A stretch of DNA of 63,560 bases, counting the filler, from Anaerolineae bacterium (GTDB taxonomy: Bacteria; Chloroflexota; Anaerolineae; Epilineales; Epilineaceae), in the NCBI GenBank assembly GCA_029262755.1. It is 8 parts of 8 records of this genome, joined end to end, with 100 filler letters (N's around TTAATTAATTAA, not from the genome) between each part and the next. Parts side by side here need not be neighbours in the genome. Positions count along the whole stretch, not along the records: positions 26,491 to 32,081 come from JAJCYU010000051.1; positions 32,182 to 42,726 come from JAJCYU010000052.1; 6 more parts are not named here. The stretch is one strand, 5' to 3'. Each line of letters starts with the position of its first letter. Position 1 is the stretch's first letter. A program made the position numbers and the translations under genes. Positions 29,300 to 40,190 of the stretch are shown piece by piece. The notes below the pieces were generated by a model. The model saw only the letters and a list, made by a program, of their open reading frames with translations, was not told the origin of the DNA and ran no database searches.

Positions 29300-30475
29300 A
29301 TGAAAGCAAACCAAGCACAGACCGATCTCGGCACGTTGGATGTCGGCAGCGCGCAGCAACCGACCTCACGCGCCGGACATCCGCGAATCCGAGCGTTCAT
29401 CGGCGCAACGGCCGCGGCCCTGTTCCTGGCCGCGGGTCTGAGCGCCGCGCAACCGGCGTACGCGCAGCGCCAAGGCCCCGCGCGCGAGCAGAAGACTCCT
29501 TCGCTGGTCTACATGACGAATCCGGACGCACGGAATCGGACCGAACAGATCGATAGCTACTTCATGGCCTGGGTCGAGGACCGTGGCTCCGGCGCCGATC
29601 TGTACGGCAAGCGCCTGTTCCAGAATGGTCTTGCGCAAGGCGGGCCGGACAAGCAGGGCATCCAGATCCTGCGGCAGTTGACCGGCCCGGGTCGCAACGA
29701 CCCGCCCGGTGAGCGCGCGGATCCGGACATGGTCTACAACGCACAGCGCCAAGAAATCTACGTGGTCTTCAGCGAATTCAAGGGCGAACCGGACGGTTGG
29801 GACATTTACGCCGTTCGGGTTGCCGTTTCCGGCTACGCGAAGGGCAACCCGCGCTTGATTGCGGGCGGTCCCGGCGACCAGCAGCATCCGGACGTCGCCA
29901 TCCTGAACGACGATCGCGGCGGCAGCAGCAACGAGGATTATGTCGTGGTGTTCGACGACAACACGCGGGACCTCGACGAGATCAAGATGGTGCGTGTTCG
30001 CGAGAACGGCATCCAACGCGGCGCCGCCACAACCTTGTTCGCGGGTGAGGCGTGGAATGCGACCGACCCGACCACGAACGGGCAGGTGGTCGCGTGGGTG
30101 GATGATCGTGACGCGGATTCGGAGATCTGGGCGATCCGACTGCGCAACGGCATCCCCAACGGCGAAGACTACCGCCTCGCCGGTACCGATGACGATGACT
30201 TTGCACCGAACTTCGGCACAGGCAGCCTGGTTTGGAATGTCTACGACGCGGCATCGGGCGCCGACATCGTGGGCGTGCAAGTCTACCCGAACCAACGCAC
30301 GCGTGGTCCGAATCTCGGCATCGTGGTTCCGGCGGCCGATCAGTCGTGGCCTGTGATCGCCAACGGACTGCTCCTTTGGAGCGACAACCGCGACGGCCAG
30401 TTCGACCTCTATGCGATGCGCACGGTCAACGTACGCTCGCGCGGCCGCGAGTACGCTGTGTTGACCGATCGCTGA
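29300..30475 (+). CDS. Secreted hypothetical protein with beta-propeller-like repeats
   Basis: Signal peptide; recurring W.D.R...D[IL][YW] and DQ..P.[VI]A units. Confidence 0.7.
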   Translation: MKANQAQTDLGTLDVGSAQQPTSRAGHPRIRAFIGATAAALFLAAGLSAAQPAYAQRQGPAREQKTPSLVYMTNPDARNRTEQIDSYFMAWVEDRGSGADLYGKRLFQNGLAQGGPDKQGIQILRQLTGPGRNDPPGERADPDMVYNAQRQEIYVVFSEFKGEPDGWDIYAVRVAVSGYAKGNPRLIAGGPGDQQHPDVAILNDDRGGSSNEDYVVVFDDNTRDLDEIKMVRVRENGIQRGAATTLFAGEAWNATDPTTNGQVVAWVDDRDADSEIWAIRLRNGIPNGEDYRLAGTDDDDFAPNFGTGSLVWNVYDAASGADIVGVQVYPNQRTRGPNLGIVVPAADQSWPVIANGLLLWSDNRDGQFDLYAMRTVNVRSRGREYAVLTDR

Positions 30476-30548
30476 TCGCGCGTAGTACGTTCGATCGCTG
30501 GACCTTGCAGCCGGCACCGAAAGCCCATGCGCAACGATAAACGACGAA

Positions 30549-30575
30549 GGGGCGGCCTACGGGTCGCTCCTTTGC
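30549..30575 (+). terminator. Possible intrinsic terminator
   Basis: GGGGCGGCC-TACG-GGTCGCTCC followed by TTT. Confidence 0.45.
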
Positions 30576-30783
30576 GTTGTTCCGCCGAAGTCGTCCAAGT
30601 CCCCTGCCCAATGCCCCTGCGAATCACCAATGGAACCGGCTGAGAGCTTCTGGTCGAGCCCTGATAGGTTCTGACAGGTCCCGCGCGGTAGGCTGTGTAC
30701 CGTCGAAGCACGAGACCTACGCCCCGAAAGCGGGATTCACGATGAGCCTATCCATGATCCGACCCCGGAACGCGCTGCGCCCG

Positions 30784-32081
30784 ATGGTGAGCCACGACCG
30801 CCGCGAAGAAACGGCCGTGAGGCTCCCGGAGCCGATTGAGGACGCATTGGCCGCACGCAGCAGTCGCCTGCCGGGATTCTACAAACTGCCGCTTGCGGCA
30901 CGGCGCGAGGTCGCCGCCCGCTGGGCGGATCTTTCGAGCGCCGAGATCGGCATGTGGTCCCATGGCGGACTGCGCCCTTCCGATGCGGACACGATGGTCG
31001 AGAACGCGATCGGAATCTTCGCGCTCCCGGTCGGGCTAGCCACGAACTTTCGGATCGACGGCCAAGACCGGCTGATCCCGATGGCCGTGGAAGAGCCGTC
31101 CGTCATCGCCGCGGCGAGCTTCGGCGCTCGGCTTGCCCGCGCGGGCGGCGGATTCCAAACGCGCTGCGATCGTTCCGTGATGATCGGTCAGGTCCAGTTG
31201 CTCGATCTACCGGGCGGCGATCTGGCTGCCGCCGCTGCCGCCGTCGAGGCGCGCCGCGCGGAGATCTTGGCCCTCGCCGATGCGCAGAGCCGCAGCCTGC
31301 CCGGGTTGGGCGGCGGCGCAAAGGACCTGCGCACGCGCTTGTTCCCCGACACGCCCGTCGGCCCGATGTTGATCGTGCACCTGCACTACGACACCTGCGA
31401 TGCGATGGGCGCCAACGCGGTCAATCGCGCATGCGAGGCCATCGCGCCGCTCATCGAGCAGGCCACGGGTGGCCGCGTGCTGCTGCGTATCCTTTCGAAT
31501 CTTGCAACCGAGCGTTTGGCCCGCGCCTCCTGCCGCGTACCAGCCGCAGCCTTGGCGCGGGACGGTCTGGACGGCAACGATGTTGCACAGCGCATCGTGG
31601 AGGCCAACGCCTTCGCGGTCGTCGATCCCTGGCGCGCAGCCACCCACAACAAAGGCATCCTCAACGGCATCGATCCGGTGGTGATCGCCACGGGCAACGA
31701 CTGGCGCGGCGCCGAGGCCGGCGCGCATGCCTACGCCGCGCGCGAAGGGCGCTACCAGAGCCTGACGGATTGGCGTTTGGACGAGCAGGGTGATCTCGTG
31801 GGCAGCCTAACCGTGCCGCTTGCGCTTGGCACCGTCGGCGGCGGTACGCGCAGCCACCCGGCCGCGAGCGCGAGCCTGGCGCTGCTCGGCGTACGCGACG
31901 CGCGGACCCTTTGCGGCATCGCCGCCGCCGTCGGGCTTGCCCAAAACCTGTCTGCGCTACGCGCGCTGGCCTGCGAGGGCATCCAGCCCGGCCACATGGC
32001 GTTGCATGCACGGCAGGTCGCGATGGCGGCCGGTGCGCGCGGCGAGGTGGTCGCACGCATCGCGCAGCAACTCGTCGCCGA
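30784..32081 (+). CDS. mvaA: Class II HMG-CoA reductase, 3' truncated; start uncertain
   Basis: SSRLPGFYKL, ENAIG, PMAVEEPSVIAA, DAMGAN, RAATHNKG..NG, GNDWR, EGIQ.GHM.LH. Confidence 0.93.
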
Positions 32082-32181
32082 NNNNNNNNNNNNNNNNNNN
32101 NNNNNNNNNNNNNNNNNNNNNNNNNTTAATTAATTAANNNNNNNNNNNNNNNNNNNNNNNNNNNNNNNNNNNNNNNNNNNN

Positions 32182-32720
32182 ACGACGCGAAGGGGCTGCT
32201 GGCCACGGTGCTGCGCCTGGATGACCCCACCGTATTCCTCGAAAGCCAGCTGATGTACCGTCTCAAGGGTGACGTACCCGACGGCAGCTACACGCTGCCC
32301 GTCGGGCAGGCGCATATTGAACGCGAAGGCGCCGAGGGCGGCGTCACGTTGGTGGGCTATGCTCGGGGTGTTCACTTCGCGCTGGAAGCGGCAGACATCC
32401 TGGCCAAAGAGCACGGGATTGAGGCGGAGGTCATCAACCTGCGCTGGCTGCGGCCGCTCGATACCGATACGGTCGTTGCAAGCATCAAGAAGACCAACCG
32501 CTGCTTGATCGTCGAGGACGATTGGCGCAGCTATGGTGCGGGCGCCGAAGTGGCGGCCCGGGTTCAGGAGGAGGCCTTCGATTGGCTCGACGCGCCGGTG
32601 ATGCGTGTCTCCATGGCCGAGGCGCCCATCCCCTACGCCGCCAACCTCGAGCGGGCGGCGTGGCCGTCCGCGGCCAAGGTCATCGAGGCCTTGCGCGTTC
32701 AGCAAATCATCGGTTCGTGA
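32182..32720 (+). CDS. pdhB: Pyruvate/2-oxoacid dehydrogenase E1 beta, 5' truncated
   Basis: DAKGLL, DDP..FLE, EVINLR.LRPLD, KKTNR, FDWLDAP, PYAANLE. Confidence 0.9.
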
Positions 32721-32757
32721 CCCACGTTCCCTCCGGGGATCCAGCGAGGTAAACCGT

Positions 32758-34080
32758 ATGGCCGCAGAGGTCACGATGCCCAAGATGGGCTACGACATGG
32801 AGGAAGGAACGATCCTCCAGTGGCTCAAAGCCGAAGGAGACGCCGTCGAACGCGGCGACATCCTCGGTGAGATCGAGACGGGCAAGGTCAACATTGAGAT
32901 CGAGGCTTTTGATGCGGGCGTATTGCGCAAGATCCTCGTCGCGGAAGGCGAGACCGTGCCGGTCGGCACGGCCATTGCGTTGATCGGCTCCGCGGAGGAG
33001 GACATCGACCTAGCAGCCTATGCTGGTGGGTCGGCTGCGAGCGCCGCGTCCGAGAACGGCGCTGCGGTCGATCAGGCCACGCCTACGGCGACGGAGCCCG
33101 CGCCCGACGCCACGGCGCAAGCCGCAGACGCCGCGCCGGCCGCGGAGGCGGATGGTCACGCAAACGGCGCCGACGGCGAGCGCCTGCGCGCTTCGCCGCT
33201 CGCCCGTCGCATCGCGGGTGAGCACGGGGTCGTGCTCACAGCCGTCCACGGCTCGGGCCCTCACGGGCGTATCGTGCGCGATGACGTCCTCGCCGTCGTC
33301 GAAGCCGGCAGCGCCGCGCCGGCGACCTCCGCGGCCGCAGCGGCGGCGCAACCGGTCGTAGCGTCTGCGCCTATCGCCGTGGCGGCAACGGACGAGCGCG
33401 AGACCCTCTCGGGCATGCGACGCACGATCGCGCGCCGGCTCACGGAGAGTTGGTCACAGGCGCCGCACATATTCCTGACCATGCCGGTAGAAATGGATGC
33501 CGCCCTCGCGTTGCGCAAGCAAATCAACGCCGCGCTGGAAGAAGCGGGCGATGCGAAGGTCTCCGTCAACGACCTGATCGTGAAGGCGTGCGGTCGTGCA
33601 CTGGCCGCCCATCCGCTCGTGAACGTCAGCTGGGACGACGGCGCCCGCGTGCGGCGCGGTCGGGTCAACGTCGGCGTCGCCGTGGCGCTGGACGACGGCC
33701 TGATCACGATCACGGTGCCGGATGCGGATACGCGCGCTATTTCCGATATCGGCGCTGAGATTCGCGACAAAGCCACACGGGCGCGGGATGGCAAGCTCAC
33801 GCCCGCCGATTTCGACACCCCCAGCACATTCACCGTGAGCAATCTTGGGATGTACGGTATCGAGGAGTTCACCGCCATCATCAACCCGCCGGAGGCCTGT
33901 ATCTTGGCCGTCGGTGGCGCGAAGGCGGAAGCCGTCGTGCGTGATGGTGAGATCGTCATCCGCTCCGTGATGCGGCTCACGCTTTCGGCCGACCATCGCG
34001 TGGTAGATGGCGCTTCGGCGGCAGAGTTCCTGGTCACGCTGCGCACCTTGCTCGAGCAGCCGCTTGCAATGCTCGTCTAG
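32758..34080 (+). CDS. pdhC: Dihydrolipoamide acyltransferase E2
   Basis: Lipoyl domain (EIETGKV), E3-binding ASPLARR..G.GP.GRI, catalytic DHRVVDG. Confidence 0.93.
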   Translation: MAAEVTMPKMGYDMEEGTILQWLKAEGDAVERGDILGEIETGKVNIEIEAFDAGVLRKILVAEGETVPVGTAIALIGSAEEDIDLAAYAGGSAASAASENGAAVDQATPTATEPAPDATAQAADAAPAAEADGHANGADGERLRASPLARRIAGEHGVVLTAVHGSGPHGRIVRDDVLAVVEAGSAAPATSAAAAAAQPVVASAPIAVAATDERETLSGMRRTIARRLTESWSQAPHIFLTMPVEMDAALALRKQINAALEEAGDAKVSVNDLIVKACGRALAAHPLVNVSWDDGARVRRGRVNVGVAVALDDGLITITVPDADTRAISDIGAEIRDKATRARDGKLTPADFDTPSTFTVSNLGMYGIEEFTAIINPPEACILAVGGAKAEAVVRDGEIVIRSVMRLTLSADHRVVDGASAAEFLVTLRTLLEQPLAMLV

Positions 34081-34137
34081 GCTTCGTGGACCCTACCATT
34101 CCACGCAGCCGCTCCATGTTGGCAAAAAGGGAATCCC

Positions 34138-35541
34138 TTGGCAGATAACGAACGCTACGACCTAGCCATCATCGGTTCCGGACCCGGCGGCTATGTCGCG
34201 GGCATCCGGGCTGGGCAACTCGGCCTCAAGACCGTGGTCATCGAGCGCGAGCCGAATCTGGGCGGCGTATGCCTCAACTGGGGCTGCATCCCGACCAAGG
34301 CGTTGATCAAAAACGCCGAGATGGTTCACTTCATCGAGCGCAAGGCCGAGGATTTCGGCATCACGGTTGAGGATCCGAGCATCAGCTGGGAGAAGGCCGT
34401 CGATCGGTCGCGCAAAGTCGTCAAGCGCATGAATCGTGGCGTGGCGGGGCTGCTGCGTAAGAACGGCGTGGACGTGGTGCACGGTACGGCCACGCTGCGC
34501 GATGCCACAAGCCTGCGCGTGCAGGGTGACGAAGGCGAGCAAATCATCGAGGCGGACGCCATCATCATTGCCACAGGTTCGCGTTCCCGCCTGCTACCCG
34601 GCTTGGAAGCCGACGGCGAGCGCGTCATCACCAGCCGTCACGCGGTGCAGCTCGACGGTGCTCCGGAACACCTGCTCATCATGGGCGCGGGGGCGGTCGG
34701 CATGGAGTTCGCCTACGTGTACCGCGGCTACGGCGCGCGCGTCACCGTAATCGAGATGGCCGATCGGGTACTGCCGTTGGAAGATCCCGAGGCGGGCGAG
34801 CTCGTTGCGAAAGCCTTCCTGAAGCAGGGCATCAAGCTGCGCACCAGCACCAAGGTGGAGCAGGTCGAGCGCATCGACTCCGGCGTTCGGCTCACCGTCA
34901 GCGGAGCCGATGGCAGCGAGGTGCTCGAGGGCGACCGCGTGCTCGTCGCGATCGGTCGCACGCCGAACACCGAATCGCTCGGTCTCGAAGAGGTCGGCGT
35001 TGCGACGGAGCGAGGCTGGGTGCAGGTGGACGACCATCTGCGGACCACGGTGCCGAGTATTTACGCGATCGGCGATGTCGCCGGTCCGCCGATGCTCGCG
35101 CACAAGGCGAGCCACGAAGGCGTGCAGGTGGTCGAGTCCCTGGCCGGTCTGCCGACACACCGCGTCGACGCATCGAACATTCCCAACTGCACCTACTGCC
35201 AGCCACAGGTGGCCTCGATCGGCATGAGCGAAGCCGCGGCGCGTGAGGCGGGTCACGAGATCGAGGTCAGCAAGTTCCCCTTCATCGGTATCGGCAAAGC
35301 GGTCGCGATCGCGGAGCATGAGGGCTGGGTCAAGATCATCGCAGACGCCCGCTACGGTGAGATCCTCGGCGCGACGATCGTCGGGCCGGAGGCGACCGAG
35401 CTCATCCACGAGCTCGTGCTGGCACGTAGCGCCGAGCTGACGGTCGAGGAGATCAAGCGCACGGTGCACGCCCACCCGACGCTATCGGAGGCCGTTCACG
35501 AGGCCGCGTTGGGCATCGGTGGCCAGCCCATTCATATGTGA
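34138..35541 (+). CDS. lpdA: Dihydrolipoamide dehydrogenase E3
   Basis: GSGPGGY, GGVCLNWGCIPTK, HAHPTLSE. Confidence 0.96.
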   Translation: MADNERYDLAIIGSGPGGYVAGIRAGQLGLKTVVIEREPNLGGVCLNWGCIPTKALIKNAEMVHFIERKAEDFGITVEDPSISWEKAVDRSRKVVKRMNRGVAGLLRKNGVDVVHGTATLRDATSLRVQGDEGEQIIEADAIIIATGSRSRLLPGLEADGERVITSRHAVQLDGAPEHLLIMGAGAVGMEFAYVYRGYGARVTVIEMADRVLPLEDPEAGELVAKAFLKQGIKLRTSTKVEQVERIDSGVRLTVSGADGSEVLEGDRVLVAIGRTPNTESLGLEEVGVATERGWVQVDDHLRTTVPSIYAIGDVAGPPMLAHKASHEGVQVVESLAGLPTHRVDASNIPNCTYCQPQVASIGMSEAAAREAGHEIEVSKFPFIGIGKAVAIAEHEGWVKIIADARYGEILGATIVGPEATELIHELVLARSAELTVEEIKRTVHAHPTLSEAVHEAALGIGGQPIHM

Positions 35542-35641
35542 GGGTGCGCGGGGTGTTGCGAATGCGGCTCCCCGATCGCCACGTCCACACACTGCCGTAT
35601 GACCACACGCCCACCGCGGGCACCCAGGAGATCGCACGGAC

Positions 35642-36031
35642 ATGGAGCTTCCCCAGGATCTGCGCTATAGCGAGGAACATGAGTGGCTGCGCGTCGACGG
35701 CGATGCGGCCGTGATCGGTATCACCGAGTTCGCGCAGGAGCAGCTTGGCGACGTGGTCTACGTCGAGTTGCCGCGTGAGGGCGATGTGCTCGACGCGGGC
35801 CAGCCCTTTGGCGTTGTCGAGAGCGTCAAGGCGGCGAGCGACCTCTATGCACCCGTTTCCGGCACGGTGGTCGCGGTCAACGCGAAGCTCGAGGACCGAC
35901 CGGAACTCGTCAACGAAGAGCCGTACGGCGACGGCTGGATGATTCGCCTGGAGCCGGTATCGGCCGAGCAGGTAGCGGCCATGTGGGAGCCACAGGCCTA
36001 TCAAGAATTTCTGGACCAACAAGGCGACTGA
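35642..36031 (+). CDS. gcvH: Glycine cleavage system H protein
   Basis: [35 protein letters not shown]. Confidence 0.95.
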   Translation: MELPQDLRYSEEHEWLRVDGDAAVIGITEFAQEQLGDVVYVELPREGDVLDAGQPFGVVESVKAASDLYAPVSGTVVAVNAKLEDRPELVNEEPYGDGWMIRLEPVSAEQVAAMWEPQAYQEFLDQQGD

Positions 36032-36109
36032 CCCTGGCGGGGCCGAGCCGCCCGCCTCGCTACGCACCAATGACCAGACGAATCGAATCGCCCAGGAGAG
36101 CCCATCCCC

Positions 36110-36958
36110 ATGCCCCAAACGAATGGCGCGGCGCCCGAGACGGCCCGCCTCGAAGAGATACGCAAGCGGCTCGCCATCTGGAGCATCCGGATGACGACCA
36201 AGGCCGCGAGCGGGCACCCGTCGTCCTGCTTGAGCGCGTCGCATTTGGTGACCGCACTCTACTTCGGCGACATCATGCGCTACGACGCCGCGAATCCGGA
36301 TTGGCCGCAGCGGGACCGCTTCGTGCTCTCGAAAGGGCACGCCGCACCGATCCTGTACGCTGCGCTGGCGGAAGCAGGCACGATCGAAGAGAATCGCCTG
36401 ATGAGCCTGCGTGAGATCGGCAGCGCGTTGGAAGGACACCCCAATACGCGTCGGCTGCCGGGCGTGGAAGCAAGTACGGGCTCGTTGGGGCAAGGCCTCT
36501 CGATCTCGCTCGGCATGGCCATGGGCCAACGCCTGGACGGCGCCGGCGCCCGCACCTTCGTCGTGATGGGCGACGGTGAGGTCGACGAGGGTCAGGTCTG
36601 GGAAGCCGTGATGGCCGGCGCAAAGTACGGCGTCGACAACCTGATCGCGATGGTCGATCGAAACGACTTCCAGCAGATGGGCGCGGCGGATTCGGTCTTG
36701 CCGCTCGACCCGATGGCGCTGAAGTTCGCCGCCTTCGGCTGGCGCGTCATGGATATCGACGGCCATGACTGGAAGGCGGTGCTCGGCGCGCTGCGCGAGG
36801 CCAAAGTGGCCGACGGCCGACCCACCTTGATCGTGGCGCATACGAAGAAGGGCTACGGCGTGACCCGCATCCTGGAGGATCCGGGCAACAAATTCCACGG
36901 CGTACCCCTTTCGCCGGACGAGGCAGAGACGGCCATCCAGGAGATCGAGAACGCATGA
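36110..36958 (+). CDS. Split transketolase, N-terminal subunit
   Basis: SGHP, RDRFVLSKGHAAP, STGSLGQG, GDGE..EGQVWEA. Confidence 0.93.
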   Translation: MPQTNGAAPETARLEEIRKRLAIWSIRMTTKAASGHPSSCLSASHLVTALYFGDIMRYDAANPDWPQRDRFVLSKGHAAPILYAALAEAGTIEENRLMSLREIGSALEGHPNTRRLPGVEASTGSLGQGLSISLGMAMGQRLDGAGARTFVVMGDGEVDEGQVWEAVMAGAKYGVDNLIAMVDRNDFQQMGAADSVLPLDPMALKFAAFGWRVMDIDGHDWKAVLGALREAKVADGRPTLIVAHTKKGYGVTRILEDPGNKFHGVPLSPDEAETAIQEIENA

Positions 36959-37917
36959 ACATCGGTGAACGGATCGGTCTTTCCCTCGGCAAGCCCACCC
37001 GCAACGCCTTCGGCGAGGCGCTCCGAGATCTCGCTGACGAGTTTCCCAAGCTCGTCGTCGTGGACGCGGACGTCGGCAACTCGACCCGCACGCAGTGGTT
37101 CGGAGAAGCCAACCCCGATCGCTTCTTCCAGGTGGGGATCGCGGAGAGCAATATGGTCAGCATGGCGGCGGGCCTTGCGGCGACGGGCCGACAGGCGCTT
37201 TGCTCCAGCTTCGCAGCGTTCTTGACCGCGAACGCCTTCGACCAAATCCGCATGAGCGTCGGCTTTCCGCGGGCCAACGTAAAGCTCGTGGGCAGCCATG
37301 CCGGCATCTCGATCGGCGAAGATGGCCCGAGCCAGATGGGTATCGAAGATCTTGCTCTGATGCGCGCAGTTCCGAACCTGACAGTGCTCTGCCCCGCGGA
37401 TGCGCATGCAGCCGCCGTCATGACGCGGCAGATGCTCGAACACGAGGGGCCGGTCTACATGCGCACGGGCCGACCGAAAGCGCCGCTGGTGCACCCTGAG
37501 TCGCCGGATTTGCGGCTCGGTCGCGCAGCCCAATTACGTGAGGGCGGCGATGTCACGTTGATCGCGTGCGGGCTCATGGTGGCCATGGCACTGGAAGCTG
37601 CGGAAGACCTCAGCGCGGATGGCATCGAGGCACGCGTGATCGACATGCATACGATCAAGCCGCTCGACGAGGCGGCCGTGATCGCTGCATCCCGCGAGAC
37701 CGGAGCCATCGTTACCGCGGAGGAGCACCTGGTGCAAGGCGGCCTGGGTGAGGCCGTCGCAGGCTGCACGGCGGCCAACGCACCTTGCCCCGTACGCCGC
37801 ATCGGCGTGCAGGATACCTTCGCCGAGAGCGGCAAACCGGCCGAATTACTAGAAAAGTACGGACTCAGCGCCGCCGCCATCGTCGCGGCGGCTCGTGAAG
37901 CCATGGCGCTTCGGTAG
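36955..37917 (+). CDS. Split transketolase, C-terminal subunit
   Basis: GIAESNMV, GEDGPSQ, GPVYMR, TIKPLD, EEH...GGLG. Confidence 0.93.
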   Translation: MNIGERIGLSLGKPTRNAFGEALRDLADEFPKLVVVDADVGNSTRTQWFGEANPDRFFQVGIAESNMVSMAAGLAATGRQALCSSFAAFLTANAFDQIRMSVGFPRANVKLVGSHAGISIGEDGPSQMGIEDLALMRAVPNLTVLCPADAHAAAVMTRQMLEHEGPVYMRTGRPKAPLVHPESPDLRLGRAAQLREGGDVTLIACGLMVAMALEAAEDLSADGIEARVIDMHTIKPLDEAAVIAASRETGAIVTAEEHLVQGGLGEAVAGCTAANAPCPVRRIGVQDTFAESGKPAELLEKYGLSAAAIVAAAREAMALR

Positions 37918-37969
37918 TCCGTCCCCCCGGTCGCGCACGCACGCCCGACCTTTCCTTAGGAGCAATCCC

Positions 37970-38752
37970 ATCACGAACGGCGATAGCAGCCGGTCTCACG
38001 TCGCCCTCCTGGTCGACTTCGAGAACCTGGTCATCCCCTTCGATGAGAGCAACGATCACGCCCCCGGCTCGATCGACCTGAACCCGATCGTCGACTTCCT
38101 CGAAGAGAATTTCGGAGCCGTCATCTTCCGGCGCGCCTATGCGGACTGGTCCAAGCGCAAATTCCATCAGTACCAGCACGCGCTGCAGGACAACGGCGTC
38201 GAGATGATCCATGTAAGACGGCGTACACCGCAATCGAAGAAGAACGGCGCCGATATCCTCTTGACCGCGGATGCGGTCGAGTGCTTGTTGTTGCGGCCGT
38301 ACATCAGCCATTTCGCGATCGTCAGCGGTGACAGCGACATCGGGCCGCTCATCACGAAGTTGAAGTCACACGGCAAAGACGTCGTGGTAGTCGGGCCGGA
38401 CAAGAAGTCGACGGCTGCCCACGTCATCGAGCTCGCCGATCGCTTCAAGTACTACGATGACATCGTGACGCCGACACCGCGACGCCGGCGCAACACGCGC
38501 TCGCGCGGCCGCGGCACGCCGACGCTCTCGGCCAACGATGCGATCGTCGACATCCTCACCAAGGCCGGCGAGCCGATGGAGAGCGCGTTGCTCAAGCGCG
38601 AGTTGCTGGCCACGTCCGGCTTTGAGCGATTCAGCGAGAAGGCGCAGGGCTTCAAGAACTGGACCAGCTTCCTCAACTCCGTCGAGCAAGTACGCGTCAA
38701 TCGGCGCGGAGATCTGGGTATCGAGGTCAGCCTGCGTACAGGCGGACGATAG
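37970..38752 (+). CDS. NYN-domain (LabA/DUF88) protein with C-terminal LOTUS/OST-HTH-like domain; start uncertain
   Basis: LLVDFEN, RAYADW, KNGADI.L..DA, IVSGDSD, GFKNWTSFL. Confidence 0.85.
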   Translation: MTNGDSSRSHVALLVDFENLVIPFDESNDHAPGSIDLNPIVDFLEENFGAVIFRRAYADWSKRKFHQYQHALQDNGVEMIHVRRRTPQSKKNGADILLTADAVECLLLRPYISHFAIVSGDSDIGPLITKLKSHGKDVVVVGPDKKSTAAHVIELADRFKYYDDIVTPTPRRRRNTRSRGRGTPTLSANDAIVDILTKAGEPMESALLKRELLATSGFERFSEKAQGFKNWTSFLNSVEQVRVNRRGDLGIEVSLRTGGR

Positions 38753-38999
38753 GCTCTCGATCCTTTGCCGATTCCTGAGCGTTGAACGCATTGTTGCTCG
38801 TGCCGGTGTTCGTCGCGCACGGTGTGATCGCGCAATGAAGTGTATCCTTAGCGGGTGCGCCCTGCGTGGCCGGAGACGATCCGGCCGCATGGCGATGCAT
38901 AGGTGGGAGATCAATACGAATCGATAGGCGCGGGGGAACGCGCGGACCGCCCATCGGGGCGACGCGGCGCAGCGCGCTCGTACGACGGAGGGGAATATC

Positions 39000-40148
39000 A
39001 TGACCGACGAGGTGAAGAAGGGCCTCGAGGGAATCGTGGTTGCCGAGACCGCGAGCAGCATGGTCGATGGGATTGCCGGCCGCTTGATCTACGTCGGCTA
39101 TCGCATCGAGGACCTATCGCGGCTGGCCACATTTGAAGAGGTGGTCTACCTCCTGTGGAACAAGGCGCTGCCCAACGCAGCGCAGTTGGATGCCTTCAAG
39201 GCCTCGCTGGCTGCCGCGCGCGCCTTGCCGGACACGATCCCTGCCACATTGTCCAGCATGCCGCGCAACGTCCATCCGATGTCGGCTCTTCGCACCGCCG
39301 TGAGCATGCTGGGCTGTGTCGATGACGATTCCGAGGGTGCGATCGAGGACCCGGAAGCGCGCATGCGCGTGATCACGCGCCTTGTCGCCCGCATTCCGAC
39401 GATCGTGGCGGCGCACGAACGCATTCGAAACGGCCTGGAGCCCATCGCTCCGCGCGCAGACCTAGGCCACGCGGCCAACTTCCTCTACATGATGCACGGC
39501 TCCGTCCCCGGACCGGCTGCAGTGCGCGCCCTCGATGCCTACCTTGTGCTCCTGGCGGACCACGGCTTCAACGCCAGCACCTTCTCCGCGCGCGTCACGG
39601 CAGCGACCTTGGCCGATCCCTACTCGGCGGTCACAAGCGCCATCGGAACGCTGAAAGGCTCCCTGCATGGCGGCGCGAATCAGCGGGTCATGGAGATGCT
39701 GCAAGAGATCGGCACCCCGGAGGATGCGGAGGGCTGGGTCATGGACCGCATCCACGCCAAGCAGCGCATCATGGGCATCGGCCACCGCGTGTACAAGACG
39801 CTCGATCCGCGTGCCAAGGTCCTTCGTGAGATGAGCAAGGAGTTGGCCGCCGAGAGCGGTTCAACGCTCCACGCGAAGGCCGTGACCGTTGCGGACACAG
39901 CCGTCGCATACTTCGAAGAGCATCGGCCGGAGCTCAAGCTCTATCCCAACGTCGATTTCTACTCCGCCGTGGTCTTGGATGCGGCCGCGATTCCGGTCGA
40001 TCAGTTCACGCCGGCGTTTGCAATGAGCCGCGTCGCCGGATGGTGCTCCCATCTGTTGGAACAATACGCCAACAACCGCTTGATCCGACCGCGCGCTGAT
40101 TACGTAGGGCCGCGGGATCTCGCCTGGGTTCCGCTTGCGGAGCGGTAG
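39000..40148 (+). CDS. gltA: Citrate synthase (2-methylcitrate synthase not excluded)
   Basis: KGLEG, DHGFNAST, LHGGAN, GIGHRVY, YPNVDFYS, LIRPR. Confidence 0.9.
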   Translation: MTDEVKKGLEGIVVAETASSMVDGIAGRLIYVGYRIEDLSRLATFEEVVYLLWNKALPNAAQLDAFKASLAAARALPDTIPATLSSMPRNVHPMSALRTAVSMLGCVDDDSEGAIEDPEARMRVITRLVARIPTIVAAHERIRNGLEPIAPRADLGHAANFLYMMHGSVPGPAAVRALDAYLVLLADHGFNASTFSARVTAATLADPYSAVTSAIGTLKGSLHGGANQRVMEMLQEIGTPEDAEGWVMDRIHAKQRIMGIGHRVYKTLDPRAKVLREMSKELAAESGSTLHAKAVTVADTAVAYFEEHRPELKLYPNVDFYSAVVLDAAAIPVDQFTPAFAMSRVAGWCSHLLEQYANNRLIRPRADYVGPRDLAWVPLAER

Positions 40149-40190
40149 TCGAGTCTGGGCTCCTTGGGCTCAAAAGCAGGCTGTGGGGCG

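Noticed and set aside
32865..32890. E2 lipoyl motif ETGK instead of ETDK
   Set aside because: The lipoyl Lys is retained; a single substitution is not evidence of altered function.
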